Assembly: GCA_001029775.1 (NCBI GenBank)
Contig: CP011215.1
Span: forward strand, 490,303-554,302
Origin: Candidatus Campbellbacteria bacterium GW2011_OD1_34_28
GTDB taxonomy: Bacteria > Patescibacteriota > Minisyncoccia > Phycocordibacterales > UBA12079
Direction: 5' to 3'
DNA length: 64,000 nucleotides
Shown: one piece after another, positions 25,941-34,056 of the stretch
Position numbering within the stretch: position 1 is the stretch's first letter
Layout of the letters: every line of letters starts with the position of its first letter
Notes under the pieces: generated by a model
Seen by the model: only the letters and a program-made list of their open reading frames with translations
Databases searched by the model: none
Told to the model about the DNA's origin: nothing
Position numbers and translations under genes: made by a program

Positions 25941-26016
25941 GGGTTAGATTTTAACATATTTTGATTCTTTTTATAAATTTTTTTTCCTGCGATATAATTA
26001 TTTTTTGTAAAAATAA

Positions 26017-26628
26017 TTATAAAGCTATTGTAGAAAGAACTGCTTGAAGATCAGTATCCTTTTTTTGTACCTCTATCGTAGGATAGCCGTATTTTTCGGC
26101 TTCTGCTCTAAGTTTATGACTAAAATCCAGCACCCACTCTATTTCTTTTGGTTTGAGGTCATCTGAATATTTTTTTGCATCATCCCAAAGTCCACGATTG
26201 TATATAACATCTTTTATTCTGTCTGCATCTTCATCCACTAAAAATACAGACGTAATTTCTTTGTTATTAGAAAAGTCTTTGGCTACTAGATGCGGTAATA
26301 TACCAACCCCTTCCATCACAAACCCTTTTTTCCATGTGTAATCATTTTCAATAAATTTTTTAATACCAACCCATACTGCCTCACTTTGTTCTAATTCTAT
26401 ATCTGCTATTTCTGAAGCAGAAAATTCAGTCAGAAATTTTTGAGCGTCATAACCTTCAATATTGAATAGTTTTGGATAATCTTCTCTTCGAGCAACGAGA
26501 CGCATGGTTTCTCGTATTTGGTCGGTAGAAATCCAAGGTAGATTCAAATGTTTTGCAACCAAAGCAGCCATAGTTGATTTACCAGTTGTGGGCGCTCCTC
26601 CTATAAGAATAATTTTTTTTGTTTTCAT
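26017..26628 (-). CDS. P-loop NTPase, nucleotide-kinase-like
   Basis: Walker A IGGAPTTGKST at the N-terminus. Confidence 0.55.
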   Translation of the reverse strand: MKTKKIILIGGAPTTGKSTMAALVAKHLNLPWISTDQIRETMRLVARREDYPKLFNIEGYDAQKFLTEFSASEIADIELEQSEAVWVGIKKFIENDYTWKKGFVMEGVGILPHLVAKDFSNNKEITSVFLVDEDADRIKDVIYNRGLWDDAKKYSDDLKPKEIEWVLDFSHKLRAEAEKYGYPTIEVQKKDTDLQAVLSTIAL

Positions 26629-26644
26629 GGTTTGAATTATTATT

Positions 26645-26844
26645 TTGCGGAGGGTACGAGATTCGGCGCCAGTTCTAAATAAAATTTTCGTCCTGCAGAC
26701 TTAATTTTATTAAGAACTCGCTGCCCCCGCTCACTCGTGTTCGTCGCTTCGCTCCTCCATACTCGCTCGGTTCGAATCTCTTCCCCTCGGTGTAACGACA
26801 CAAAACAAAAACAGTGCATTGGTACTGTTTTTGTTTTGGTCGTG
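26645..26844 (-). repeat. tRNA 3'-flank structured repeat element (Ser-GGA copy)
   Basis: minus strand: terminator, GAGGGGAAGAGATTCGAAC (inverted tRNA-Ser 3' end), CGAGCGAG...GGAGCGAAGCGACG core, hairpin GCGAGTTCTTAATAAAATT/AATTTTATTTAGAACTGGCGC, terminal direct repeat CGAATCTCGTACCCTCCGCA. Confidence 0.6.
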
Positions 26845-26929
26845 CGGAGGGTACGAGATTCGAACTCGTGAAGGCTTTCACCTTGCCGCCTTTCCAAGAC
26901 GGTGCACTCGACCGCTATGCGAACCCTCC
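26845..26929 (-). tRNA. tRNA-Ser (anticodon GGA), class II
   Basis: acceptor GGAGGGT/ACCCTCC, anticodon loop TTGGAAA, long variable arm, T-loop TTCGAAT. Confidence 0.85.
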
Positions 26930-26959
26930 AATGAGAGTGATTATAACAAAATAAAAAAA

Positions 26960-27003
26960 ATAGCCCAGCATGGATTGTCTTGCAACAATCTTTGCTGGGC
27001 TTT
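26960..27003. terminator. bidirectional terminator
   Basis: AGCCCAGCA...TGCTGGGCT with T-runs on both strands. Confidence 0.6.
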
Positions 27004-27005
27004 TT

Positions 27006-27287
27006 TTACTTGATCTCTGCCGTGATTTTGGCGGTGAGTTTTTTCAGATAATTTTTTGCCTTGGTGTCATAATGCTCTGGTATTGATTGATTCATCAACG
27101 CTATGGCGATGACGATCTCGTCGATTTTGTCACTGGGGAGTTTGCTCTCCCGAAGAATCGTACCGTATTTACGCATGTCGGCTTCTGCCTGAGCCGTCGG
27201 CAGATGTTCGATCTGTTCGCGCATTTTGCCGAGAATGACCTCGTGAAATGGTTGTTTTTTGCCATTTTTTTTCTCACTCATTTGCAT
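27006..27287 (-). CDS. small hypothetical protein (GC-rich; second gene of two-gene operon)
   Basis: 93 aa; overlaps the upstream ORF by 10 nt; GC clearly above neighbours. Confidence 0.45.
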   Translation of the reverse strand: MQMSEKKNGKKQPFHEVILGKMREQIEHLPTAQAEADMRKYGTILRESKLPSDKIDEIVIAIALMNQSIPEHYDTKAKNYLKKLTAKITAEIK

Positions 27288-27586
27288 TCCTCCTTTACCA
27301 GATTAGAAAGTGCAGAAATTGCCTCTGACAACTCGTTGATTGTTTGCAACGCATCGTCGTTTCTGAATGGTTGTATCTTGATTCTCATCTCGACTAATTT
27401 TGAAATAATAATTTCAATACTCTTTGTGTCTTTGGGCGGACACTCAGATAAATACCGACATACTCTTGCCACTAACTCTCTGTTTTTGGGAGCACAGGTA
27501 GCAAAAATTATGCCGTTGACATCTTTCTCCATATCACCAAGCATAATCTGGTATATGGGTGCTAAACTGTCTTTTCGGCACATCAA
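27278..27586 (-). CDS. small hypothetical protein (GC-rich; first gene of two-gene operon)
   Basis: 102-aa ORF. Confidence 0.45.
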   Translation of the reverse strand: MMCRKDSLAPIYQIMLGDMEKDVNGIIFATCAPKNRELVARVCRYLSECPPKDTKSIEIIISKLVEMRIKIQPFRNDDALQTINELSEAISALSNLVKEECK

Positions 27587-27729
27587 AACCTCCTTGTCAA
27601 AAAATGGTTAATCTTGAATTTCTGACAAAATACTACATTTTTTGAATAAAAAAGACAAGGGATTTGACTTTAAGGCAAGTTTCCTGTTAAATCTTGCTAG
27701 AAAGATTAATTTAAAAGAGGAATATACTA

Positions 27730-28269
27730 ATGAATATTTATAAGGTAATAGCCAATTGTTTAAGTGCTTCAAGATTTTTAATTCCCATAATTCTTTTTGG
27801 ACCGCTAGGTTCTGTGGTTCAAAAAATTGTTGTTGTCATTGTTTTGATTTCCACGGATTTTGTGGACGGATGGTTTGCCAGAAAAGGAGGATCTCCTGCT
27901 CGTTTGGGGGAAATTCTTGATCATACATCTGACAAAGTTGCTTCGCTATCTGTTGGAATTTTTATTTTGTTAAATAATTTTGTTGTTTTCCCTGTAATAT
28001 TTACGGCTCTTGTTTCAGAAACCTTAATATTTTTGTTGTCAGCTTTGTTGGTTAGATTAAATGGTAACTTGATTATTACCAAGATCGGCAGAACAAAAAT
28101 GTTGTTTTTTTGTGCAGGGTTTGTTTTTATTTTTTTAAATCAAATCGATCCGAGACAAATTTTTGAAACGTTGATTTTTGTAAGTTTAGTAATAGGAATT
28201 TTGTTATCAATCATTTTAAATTTTTTTTACTCAACAAAAATTTTACAGCTTGCCATCTGTGGCAAGTAA
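27730..28269 (+). CDS. CDP-alcohol phosphatidyltransferase family protein (PgsA-like)
   Basis: motif DFVDGWFARKGGSPARLGEILDHTSDKV (D-G-x2-AR...G-x3-D-x3-D); multiple TM helices. Confidence 0.7.
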   Translation: MNIYKVIANCLSASRFLIPIILFGPLGSVVQKIVVVIVLISTDFVDGWFARKGGSPARLGEILDHTSDKVASLSVGIFILLNNFVVFPVIFTALVSETLIFLLSALLVRLNGNLIITKIGRTKMLFFCAGFVFIFLNQIDPRQIFETLIFVSLVIGILLSIILNFFYSTKILQLAICGK

Positions 28270-28300
28270 AAAGCGGTGTAAGACACCGCTTTTTTTATTT
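28268..28300 (+). terminator. intrinsic terminator
   Basis: AAAAGCGGTGTAAGACACCGCTTTTTTT. Confidence 0.75.
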
Positions 28301-28416
28301 TTTAAATTTACATTTTATGAAAAATATTTTCTAAATCTTTATCCACAAATAGATTTGAAAAAAAGAGAGTAGAATTTTAGTAAATTCATTATTAATTTAT
28401 TAAAAAAGTCTTCAAA

Positions 28417-30699
28417 ATGGTAAAAAAAGTTCAAAAAGTTGGAAAAACATCCGATTTTATTAAAAAAGTACAAAAAAGAGACGGAACAGTTGTTTCTTTC
28501 AACGAAGAAAAAATTGTAAATGCTGTTTACAAGGCAATGCTTGTAACAAAAGAAGGATCTGAAAAAGATGCAAGATATATTGCTCACAAGGTTTATGTAG
28601 ATTTGTTGAAAATCGCTAAATTACATAAGACTTTTATTCCTACTATTGAGGGGATTCAAGACTCCGTGGAATCCGAGCTCATTTTGGGAGATTATGTAAA
28701 GACTGCAAAAGCATATATTCTTTACAGAAGAGAAAGAGAAAAATTGAGACAACAGGGGGTTAAGGTACCTGAAAAGGTAAAAATATTGACAGAGGAAAGT
28801 AAAAAGTATTTTAAAAATCCTTTGGCAGAATTTGTTTATTATCGATCTTATTCAAAATGGATAGAAGGAGAAGGTAGAAGAGAGACTTGGGTTGAGACAG
28901 TGGATAGATATATGGGTTTTATGCAAAAAAATCTTGGAAATAGTCTAAAACCTGCAGAATATAAAAAAATAAAAGAATTTATTTTGAGTCAAAAAACAAT
29001 GCCCTCAATGAGATTGATGTGGAGTGCTGGCAATGCTGCAGAAAAGTCTAATGTAACTGGTTACAACTGTTCTTTTATTGCACCTTCAAAACCAGAAGAT
29101 TTTGGAGAAATAATGTATCTATCAATGTGCGGTGCAGGGGTTGGTTTTAGTGCAGAAAGTCATAGCGTTCAAAAATTTCCTCAGATTCAAAAACAAACAG
29201 GAAAGAAGAGACCTTCTTATTTAGTTCCTGACAGTAAAGAGGGTTGGGCTGACGCTTTCGTCTTGGCGGTAAAAACATGGATGGCGGGAGAGGATATCGA
29301 CTTTGATTATTCACAGGTTAGACCAAAGGGGGCAAAACTTAAAACAATGGGTGGAAAAAGTTCGGGACCAGAACCTCTTATGGAATTGATGAGTTTTGCA
29401 AAAGAAAAGATTTTAAGAAAACAGGGGAGAAGATTGAGCAACTTGGATGTCCACGATATTGTTTGCAAGATTGGAGAAATTGTTGTTTCTGGAGGAGTGA
29501 GAAGGACTGCTTTGATATCGTTGTCTGATTTGGACGACAAAGATATGAGATCTGCAAAATTTGGACAATTTTATATTACAGAACCACAAAGAAGTATGGC
29601 AAATAATTCTGCCATCTATAATGAAAAACCAACAAATGTTGAATTTATGGATGAGTGGATAGCCTTGATGAAAAGCGGTTCGGGAGAAAGAGGCATCTTT
29701 AATAGAGGGTCTTTAAAAAACCAAATGCCTGATAGAAGATGGAAGGTTTTTGAAAAAGATTTGGATAGTTGTGGGACAAATCCTTGTGGTGAAATTGTCT
29801 TGAAATCCAAACAATTTTGTAATTTGTCTGAAATAGTTGCTCGTGCGGAAGACACAGAAGCTATTCTTATGGAGAAAGCAAGAATTGCAGCAATTTTGGG
29901 AACTTATCAGTCAACACTGACCAACTTTGGATATCTTTCAAAAGAATGGAAAAAGAATTGTGAGGACGAAAGATTGCTCGGAGTATCAATTACAGGACAG
30001 TGGGATTGTAAGATTTTGAAAGATAATGCAAAACTTTTGCAAAAATTAAAAAATGAAGTTATCAAAACCAACAAAGACTATGCAAAAAGATTTAAAATAA
30101 ATCAGTCTACTTGTACGACTTGTGTAAAACCTTCTGGAACAGTTTCTCAATTGGTAGACGCTTCATCAGGAATGCATCCTCGGCACTCAGAATATTATAT
30201 TAGAAGAGTGAGAATTTCTGCGACAGATAGTTTGTTCAAGATGCTAAAAGATCAAGGAGTTTTGTATCATCCAGAAGTAGGGCAGTCATATGAGAATGCC
30301 AATACTTATGTTTTGGAATTTCCCGTTAAGGCGCCTGCAAAATCTGTTTTCAAAAATGATTTAACAGCAATAGAGCAGTTGGAACACTGGAAATTGGTAA
30401 AAACAAATTATACAGAACACAATCCGTCAGTAACAATTTCTGTTGGTGAAGGTGAATGGATTGAAGTGGGGAATTGGGTTTATTCAAATTGGGATATCGT
30501 CGGGGGGCTTTCGTTTTTACCAAGATCAAACCATGTTTACAAGCTGGCTCCGTATGAAGAAATTGATAAAAAAAGATATGATGAGATGTTGAAGCGATTT
30601 AAAAATATTGATTTCTCAAAGATTGTGACTTATGAAAGAGCCGATGAAACTGAAGGAGCAAAAGAATTGGCTTGTATGGGGGGAGTGTGCGAACTTTAA
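28417..30699 (+). CDS. nrdJ: ribonucleotide reductase, likely class II (B12-dependent)
   Basis: N-terminal ATP-cone (VQKRDGTVVSFNEEKIVNAV); RNR catalytic barrel with active-site Cys; C-terminal CMGGVCEL. Confidence 0.7.
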   Translation: MVKKVQKVGKTSDFIKKVQKRDGTVVSFNEEKIVNAVYKAMLVTKEGSEKDARYIAHKVYVDLLKIAKLHKTFIPTIEGIQDSVESELILGDYVKTAKAYILYRREREKLRQQGVKVPEKVKILTEESKKYFKNPLAEFVYYRSYSKWIEGEGRRETWVETVDRYMGFMQKNLGNSLKPAEYKKIKEFILSQKTMPSMRLMWSAGNAAEKSNVTGYNCSFIAPSKPEDFGEIMYLSMCGAGVGFSAESHSVQKFPQIQKQTGKKRPSYLVPDSKEGWADAFVLAVKTWMAGEDIDFDYSQVRPKGAKLKTMGGKSSGPEPLMELMSFAKEKILRKQGRRLSNLDVHDIVCKIGEIVVSGGVRRTALISLSDLDDKDMRSAKFGQFYITEPQRSMANNSAIYNEKPTNVEFMDEWIALMKSGSGERGIFNRGSLKNQMPDRRWKVFEKDLDSCGTNPCGEIVLKSKQFCNLSEIVARAEDTEAILMEKARIAAILGTYQSTLTNFGYLSKEWKKNCEDERLLGVSITGQWDCKILKDNAKLLQKLKNEVIKTNKDYAKRFKINQSTCTTCVKPSGTVSQLVDASSGMHPRHSEYYIRRVRISATDSLFKMLKDQGVLYHPEVGQSYENANTYVLEFPVKAPAKSVFKNDLTAIEQLEHWKLVKTNYTEHNPSVTISVGEGEWIEVGNWVYSNWDIVGGLSFLPRSNHVYKLAPYEEIDKKRYDEMLKRFKNIDFSKIVTYERADETEGAKELACMGGVCEL

Positions 30700-30883
30700 T
30701 AATCAAATTTAAATTTGATTATTAAAGTTCAAGTAGTAAGGTATAAGTAATAAGGTGTAAGCAAAGCAAAAACTTGGGGGGAAATCTCCAGGTTTTTGTT
30801 TTGACAATTTGTTAGAAAAATGTTAAAAATACTGTTAGAAAAAGGACAGCGGGTGTCCTTGTAATTTAAGCAAAGAGGAAATC

Positions 30884-31033
30884 ATGACACTTGAAAAAAG
30901 GTTGCAGAATGGTAAAAGGGTTGTTTCGTTTAAACCCAGTATGGATCTCTTGAACAAGGGTTTCAAGCCAATTTCGCCTCCGGCGATTATGAAGAGTCGC
31001 GGTCGTATCAGTCAAGACAAGAAAGGACGCTGA
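30884..31033 (+). CDS. candidate 49-aa basic sORF or structured leader upstream of rplU
   Basis: GC-rich; RBS AGAGGA; MTLEKRLQNGKRVVSFKPSMDLLNKGFKPISPPAIMKSRGRISQDKKGR; own terminator 31042..31072. Confidence 0.25.
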   Translation: MTLEKRLQNGKRVVSFKPSMDLLNKGFKPISPPAIMKSRGRISQDKKGR

Positions 31034-31041
31034 ACGACAGC

Positions 31042-31072
31042 AAAAAGGGGACCTTGTAAGGCCCCCTTTAAT
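31042..31072 (+). terminator. intrinsic terminator/attenuator ahead of rplU
   Basis: AAAAAGGGGACCTTGTAAGGCCCCCTTTAATTT. Confidence 0.55.
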
Positions 31073-31123
31073 TTGTCTATAATTAGTTGAAATTTTTAAA
31101 TAATAGTGTAATATATAGTAATT

Positions 31124-31435
31124 ATGAAATTCGCAGTAATAGAAACAGGAGGAAAGCAATACAAAGTCTCAGAAGGAGATGTTGTTAAAATTGAAAAGCT
31201 TTCTGATTATAAAAAAGACGGTAAAGTAACTTTTGATAAAGTACTTCTTATTGATGATGGTAAAACAACAGAAGTAGGAGCGCCATATATCAAAGGAGCA
31301 AAAATTTCCGCTGTCTTCGAAGAAGAAGGAAAAGGAAAAAAAGTTCACATTGTAAAATTTAAATCAAAGAGTAACTATTCAAAGAAGATTGGTCACAGAC
31401 AACCATTTAACAAAATAAAGGTTGAAAAGATATAA
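31124..31435 (+). CDS. rplU: 50S ribosomal protein L21
   Basis: MKFAVIETGGKQYKVSEGDVVKIEKL. Confidence 0.85.
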   Translation: MKFAVIETGGKQYKVSEGDVVKIEKLSDYKKDGKVTFDKVLLIDDGKTTEVGAPYIKGAKISAVFEEEGKGKKVHIVKFKSKSNYSKKIGHRQPFNKIKVEKI

Positions 31436-31436
31436 A

Positions 31437-31466
31437 AAAAGCACCCCTAGGGGTGCTTTTTTAGTC
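31437..31466 (+). terminator. intrinsic terminator
   Basis: AAAAAAGCACCCCTAGGGGTGCTTTTTTAG. Confidence 0.75.
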
Positions 31467-31649
31467 GTAGATGTGTAAATATGCTTTGGCAATCTCCCTT
31501 TCCTCGGGAGGCATTTCTTTCATTTTATCAAGAAGATGAGATGTGTTTCCGGTGGAATTTCTTCCGCTAAGAAGACCAAGATGTCTTCTTTCACATACTG
31601 TATGCGGGTAGATTTTCTTGACTGTCTTTTCCGGTTTTTTAGGAGTCAT
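31461..31649 (-). CDS. small basic hypothetical protein
   Basis: 62-aa ORF; family not recognised. Confidence 0.3.
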   Translation of the reverse strand: MTPKKPEKTVKKIYPHTVCERRHLGLLSGRNSTGNTSHLLDKMKEMPPEEREIAKAYLHIYD

Positions 31650-31764
31650 TTTGATTTCTTCCTTTTAGCAAAATTTAAACTTTGTGAACGAATCTGAGAT
31701 AAATTTTAGCATATTTAAATAAATTTAAAATTGTTTGTTAGCAAGTCTTGAGTAGCAAATTTAA

Positions 31765-32313
31765 CTACTCTACGATTTGTAACTTAGGCCATTTCGAAAG
31801 CCATTGTTTTTTGTTTACTCGATTTATAAAATAATCACGCCCATCTCCAAAATTGGGGGTCATTCTTAGTTTAAGAGAAAATAAATCATCTAAACCGTGA
31901 GGAGCTATTATTTTTAAAGAATCGTCTGGCAACATTACAACTCCAATAGCTGTCGCTGTTTCTGGCCAATGTGTGATAGCATCTGTCGACGAAATATAAT
32001 CAGCCCCCTGATTGTTTATTTTCCCCATTCTTGCTTGATTGGTAACAGACCAATCAGCTTCTAATTTTTCTGAAAGAATCCTTTCGTATTTTTTTTCTGT
32101 CTCTTCTGATAAGTCATTTGGATCAAAATATATAACATCAATATCTGTCATATGTGGTTTGTTTTTAAAATTATGTAATGCATCCCAAACAGGGTTACGG
32201 ACAAATCCAGCTCCGATCAACCAATCAGGAAGATTTAATGTGCGAACAGTTCTTAAGATATCCATTCTCCAAGGATCGTTTTTTATTATATTGACGATAA
32301 AATCTTCGTTCAT
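31765..32313 (-). CDS. nucleotidyltransferase-family protein
   Basis: WLIGAGFVRNPVWDALH motif. Confidence 0.5.
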   Translation of the reverse strand: MNEDFIVNIIKNDPWRMDILRTVRTLNLPDWLIGAGFVRNPVWDALHNFKNKPHMTDIDVIYFDPNDLSEETEKKYERILSEKLEADWSVTNQARMGKINNQGADYISSTDAITHWPETATAIGVVMLPDDSLKIIAPHGLDDLFSLKLRMTPNFGDGRDYFINRVNKKQWLSKWPKLQIVE

Positions 32314-32329
32314 TTTTAAAAGTATATCA

Positions 32330-32470
32330 TTTATATTTTTTACGAAAAGCGTGGGGGCGCTTTTCTTTGACTATGATGACTCGACTTCCAGTTCTAATCG
32401 AAAATTTCGTCTTCACTTCGTTACAACTCATTTTCGATAAGAACTCGCTGTCCCGTCGCTCATATTTTTC
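32330..32470 (-). repeat. solo/degenerate copy of tRNA-flank repeat module (no adjacent tRNA)
   Basis: rc: GAGCGACGGGACAGCGAGTTCTTATCGAAAAT...ATTTTCGATTAGAACTGGAAGTCGAGTC; same hairpin module as the Ser copy. Confidence 0.45.
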
Positions 32471-32549
32471 TATATACAAAACACCTAGAATTTTTGTTAA
32501 TTTTGTAATATAATTCAAGATATTTTAAGTTTTTAACTTTTGATATTTG

Positions 32550-32621
32550 GGCGTAGTGGCGAAGTGGAAACGCTGTGGTCTGCAAAACCACCATGCGCCG
32601 GTTCGATTCCGGCCTACGCCT
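32550..32621 (+). tRNA. tRNA-Cys (anticodon GCA)
   Basis: acceptor GGCGTAG/CTACGCC, anticodon loop CTGCAAA, T-loop TTCGATT. Confidence 0.8.
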
Positions 32622-32627
32622 CAAAAT

Positions 32628-32709
32628 GCCTGGGTGGCGGAATTGGTATACGCGCACGACTTAAAATCGTGTCTCGCAAGAGATGCGGGTTCGACTCCCG
32701 CCCTAGGCA
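32628..32709 (+). tRNA. tRNA-Leu (anticodon TAA), class II
   Basis: acceptor GCCTGGG/CCTAGGC, anticodon loop CTTAAAA, long variable arm, T-loop TTCGACT. Confidence 0.85.
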
Positions 32710-32748
32710 CATTGAAATTTTTTGAAATTTCAATACAATAGTGTATTA

Positions 32749-32992
32749 TCCGCTCGTAGCTCAGCTGGATGAGAAGCGTTGAAGCTTCGAATCCGAGCGA
32801 AGCGAGGTGGAAGAGTATTCCTTTGAAATGTAAGAGTCGGATGCTAATACACTTAGCATGGACTTCAGAGGTTTTACACAAAAGTAAAAGTAGAGATATC
32901 CGCTCGTAGCTCAGCTTCTGCCAAAGGCAGACAGGGTCCGAGCAACAATCATTGAGACAGACAAGTCTGTAAAATCATCATGGATTTAGTAT
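32749..32992 (+). pseudogene. two truncated 5' copies of tRNA-Lys each followed by unrelated structured sequence
   Basis: TCCGCTCGTAGCTCAGCT(GG) occurs at 32749, 32899 and 32991; only the third continues into a full tRNA; copy 1 is followed by CTTCGAATCCGAGCGAAGCGAGG. Confidence 0.55.
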
Positions 32993-33065
32993 CCGCTCGT
33001 AGCTCAGCTGGTAGAGCATCCGACTCTTAATCGGCAGGTCGAAGGTTCGATCCCTTCCGAGCGGA
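32993..33065 (+). tRNA. tRNA-Lys (anticodon CTT)
   Basis: acceptor CCGCTCG/CGAGCGG, D-arm GCTCAGCTGGTAGAGC, anticodon loop CTCTTAA, T-loop TTCGATC. Confidence 0.8.
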
Positions 33066-33157
33066 CAAGTAGACCCGAAGGAGGGTAAACGAATTATTAG
33101 ATAATTTTATATTTCTCGTTTTGAATATATTTCAATTTTGAGATTTAAATTTTTAAC

Positions 33158-33307
33158 ATGTCACAAGATCAATTGATAAAACTGGCTTGTCAGAGTTGTA
33201 AAAGAATCAATTACTGGAGCAGAAAAAATAAAAAACTGGTTCAAAAAAAGATTGAATTGAAGAAAAGATGTAAATGGTGTGATAAGCAAACAGTTCACAA
33301 AGAAGTA
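33158..33307 (+). CDS. rpmG: 50S ribosomal protein L33
   Basis: 49-aa ORF absent from the ORF track: MSQDQLIKLACQSCKRINYWSRKNKKLVQKKIELKKRCKWCDKQTVHKK with two CxxC pairs. Confidence 0.7.
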
Positions 33308-33325
33308 AAAAAATAATTTCAAAAT

Positions 33326-33355
33326 TTAGTCGATACTTTATAAACTTTTAACTTT
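33326..33355 (-). repeat. short TTTATAAAGT-type repeat, reverse copy of 55137..55160
   Basis: rc GTTAAAAGTTTATAAAGT matches 55140..55160. Confidence 0.45.
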
Positions 33356-33374
33356 ATAAACTTTCGACTAATTT

Positions 33375-33447
33375 GGGCCTATAGTTTCAATTGGTAAAAC
33401 AGTGGTCTCCAAAACCATCGTTCGAGGTTCGAGTCCTCGTGGGCCCG
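33375..33447 (+). tRNA. tRNA-Trp (anticodon CCA)
   Basis: acceptor GGGCCTA/TGGGCCC, anticodon loop CTCCAAA, T-loop TTCGAGT. Confidence 0.85.
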
Positions 33448-33681
33448 CAAAAAGAAGACCCGCAAGGGTTTTTCTTTTTGTTGGGTCCACGAACAAAGCA
33501 ATCTAAATTGCTTTGTGTAGGACGAGAACGGCGGAGCGGTTTACAATTTTAGTAAAATTTTCCAACAAAGAAAATCTTACTAAAATTGTCGCGAGCCGCG
33601 TCCAGCGATACTTAGACTTTTTGAAACACGAAGTGTTTCAAAAAGACTTAGTAATCGCGGGACAGTCCTCGTGGGCCCGCA
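33448..33681 (+). repeat. tRNA 3'-flank structured repeat element (Trp copy)
   Basis: terminator hairpin, GTAGGACGAGAACGGCGGAGCGG core, variable hairpin, arm GCGAGCCGCGTCCAGCGATACTTAGAC + long hairpin TTTTTGAAACACGAAGTGTTTCAAAAAG + AGACTTAGTAATCGCGGGAC, direct repeat AGTCCTCGTGGGCCCGCA of the tRNA-Trp 3' end. Confidence 0.65.
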
Positions 33682-33683
33682 AT

Positions 33684-33718
33684 TTAAAAACTCTCCACAA
33701 AAGTGGAGAGTTTTTAAA
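33684..33718. terminator. bidirectional terminator
   Basis: AAAAACTCTCCAC-AAAA-GTGGAGAGTTTTT. Confidence 0.7.
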
Positions 33719-33720
33719 TT

Positions 33721-34047
33721 CTAGATCTTATGAGATATTTCATCAATACGTTGTCTATTTTTTTCACCTCTGTCAATTTCAAAATCAAAGAAGGGAATCC
33801 TTTTCATTCTTACCTTTGGTTTGATGAATTCTTTGAAGTCTCTTCTTTTTCTTTTTAAAAAATTAATTACAGATTCTTCACTTGTTTCAGGATAAACGGT
33901 AACAAAAATAGTGGCTCTTTTAAAGTCTTTTGAAACACTGGCATCGGTTACAGTTATTAGGGAAGTATAGTTTGATTCTTCCTGTAAAAATTGAGCCGCT
34001 TGATTTCTTATTAGTTCTTTTACTTTGTCCTGTCTTAAATCAGTCAT
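33721..34047 (-). CDS. rbfA: ribosome-binding factor A
   Basis: KH-like RbfA fold, RVQELIRNQ-type N-terminus, C-terminal basic tail. Confidence 0.8.
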   Translation of the reverse strand: MTDLRQDKVKELIRNQAAQFLQEESNYTSLITVTDASVSKDFKRATIFVTVYPETSEESVINFLKRKRRDFKEFIKPKVRMKRIPFFDFEIDRGEKNRQRIDEISHKI

Positions 34048-34056
34048 ATATAAATT

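Noticed and set aside
26640-27013. ORFs 26640..26897, 26675..26881 and 26819..27013 as CDS
   Set aside because: They overlap tRNA-Ser(GGA) and its flanking repeat element and are not protein-coding.
32460-32881. ORFs 32460..32657, 32540..32725, 32547..32741 and 32621..32881 as CDS
   Set aside because: They cover the tRNA-Cys, tRNA-Leu and tRNA-Lys-fragment region.
32749-33065. CRISPR array suggested by the three repeats of TCCGCTCGTAGCTCAGCT
   Set aside because: Spacing is irregular (150 and 92 nt). The repeat is the 5' end of tRNA-Lys, only 18 nt long, and there are no cas genes nearby.
33513-33824. ORF 33513..33824(+) as CDS
   Set aside because: It lies inside the tRNA-Trp flank element and terminator and overlaps the rbfA 3' end.
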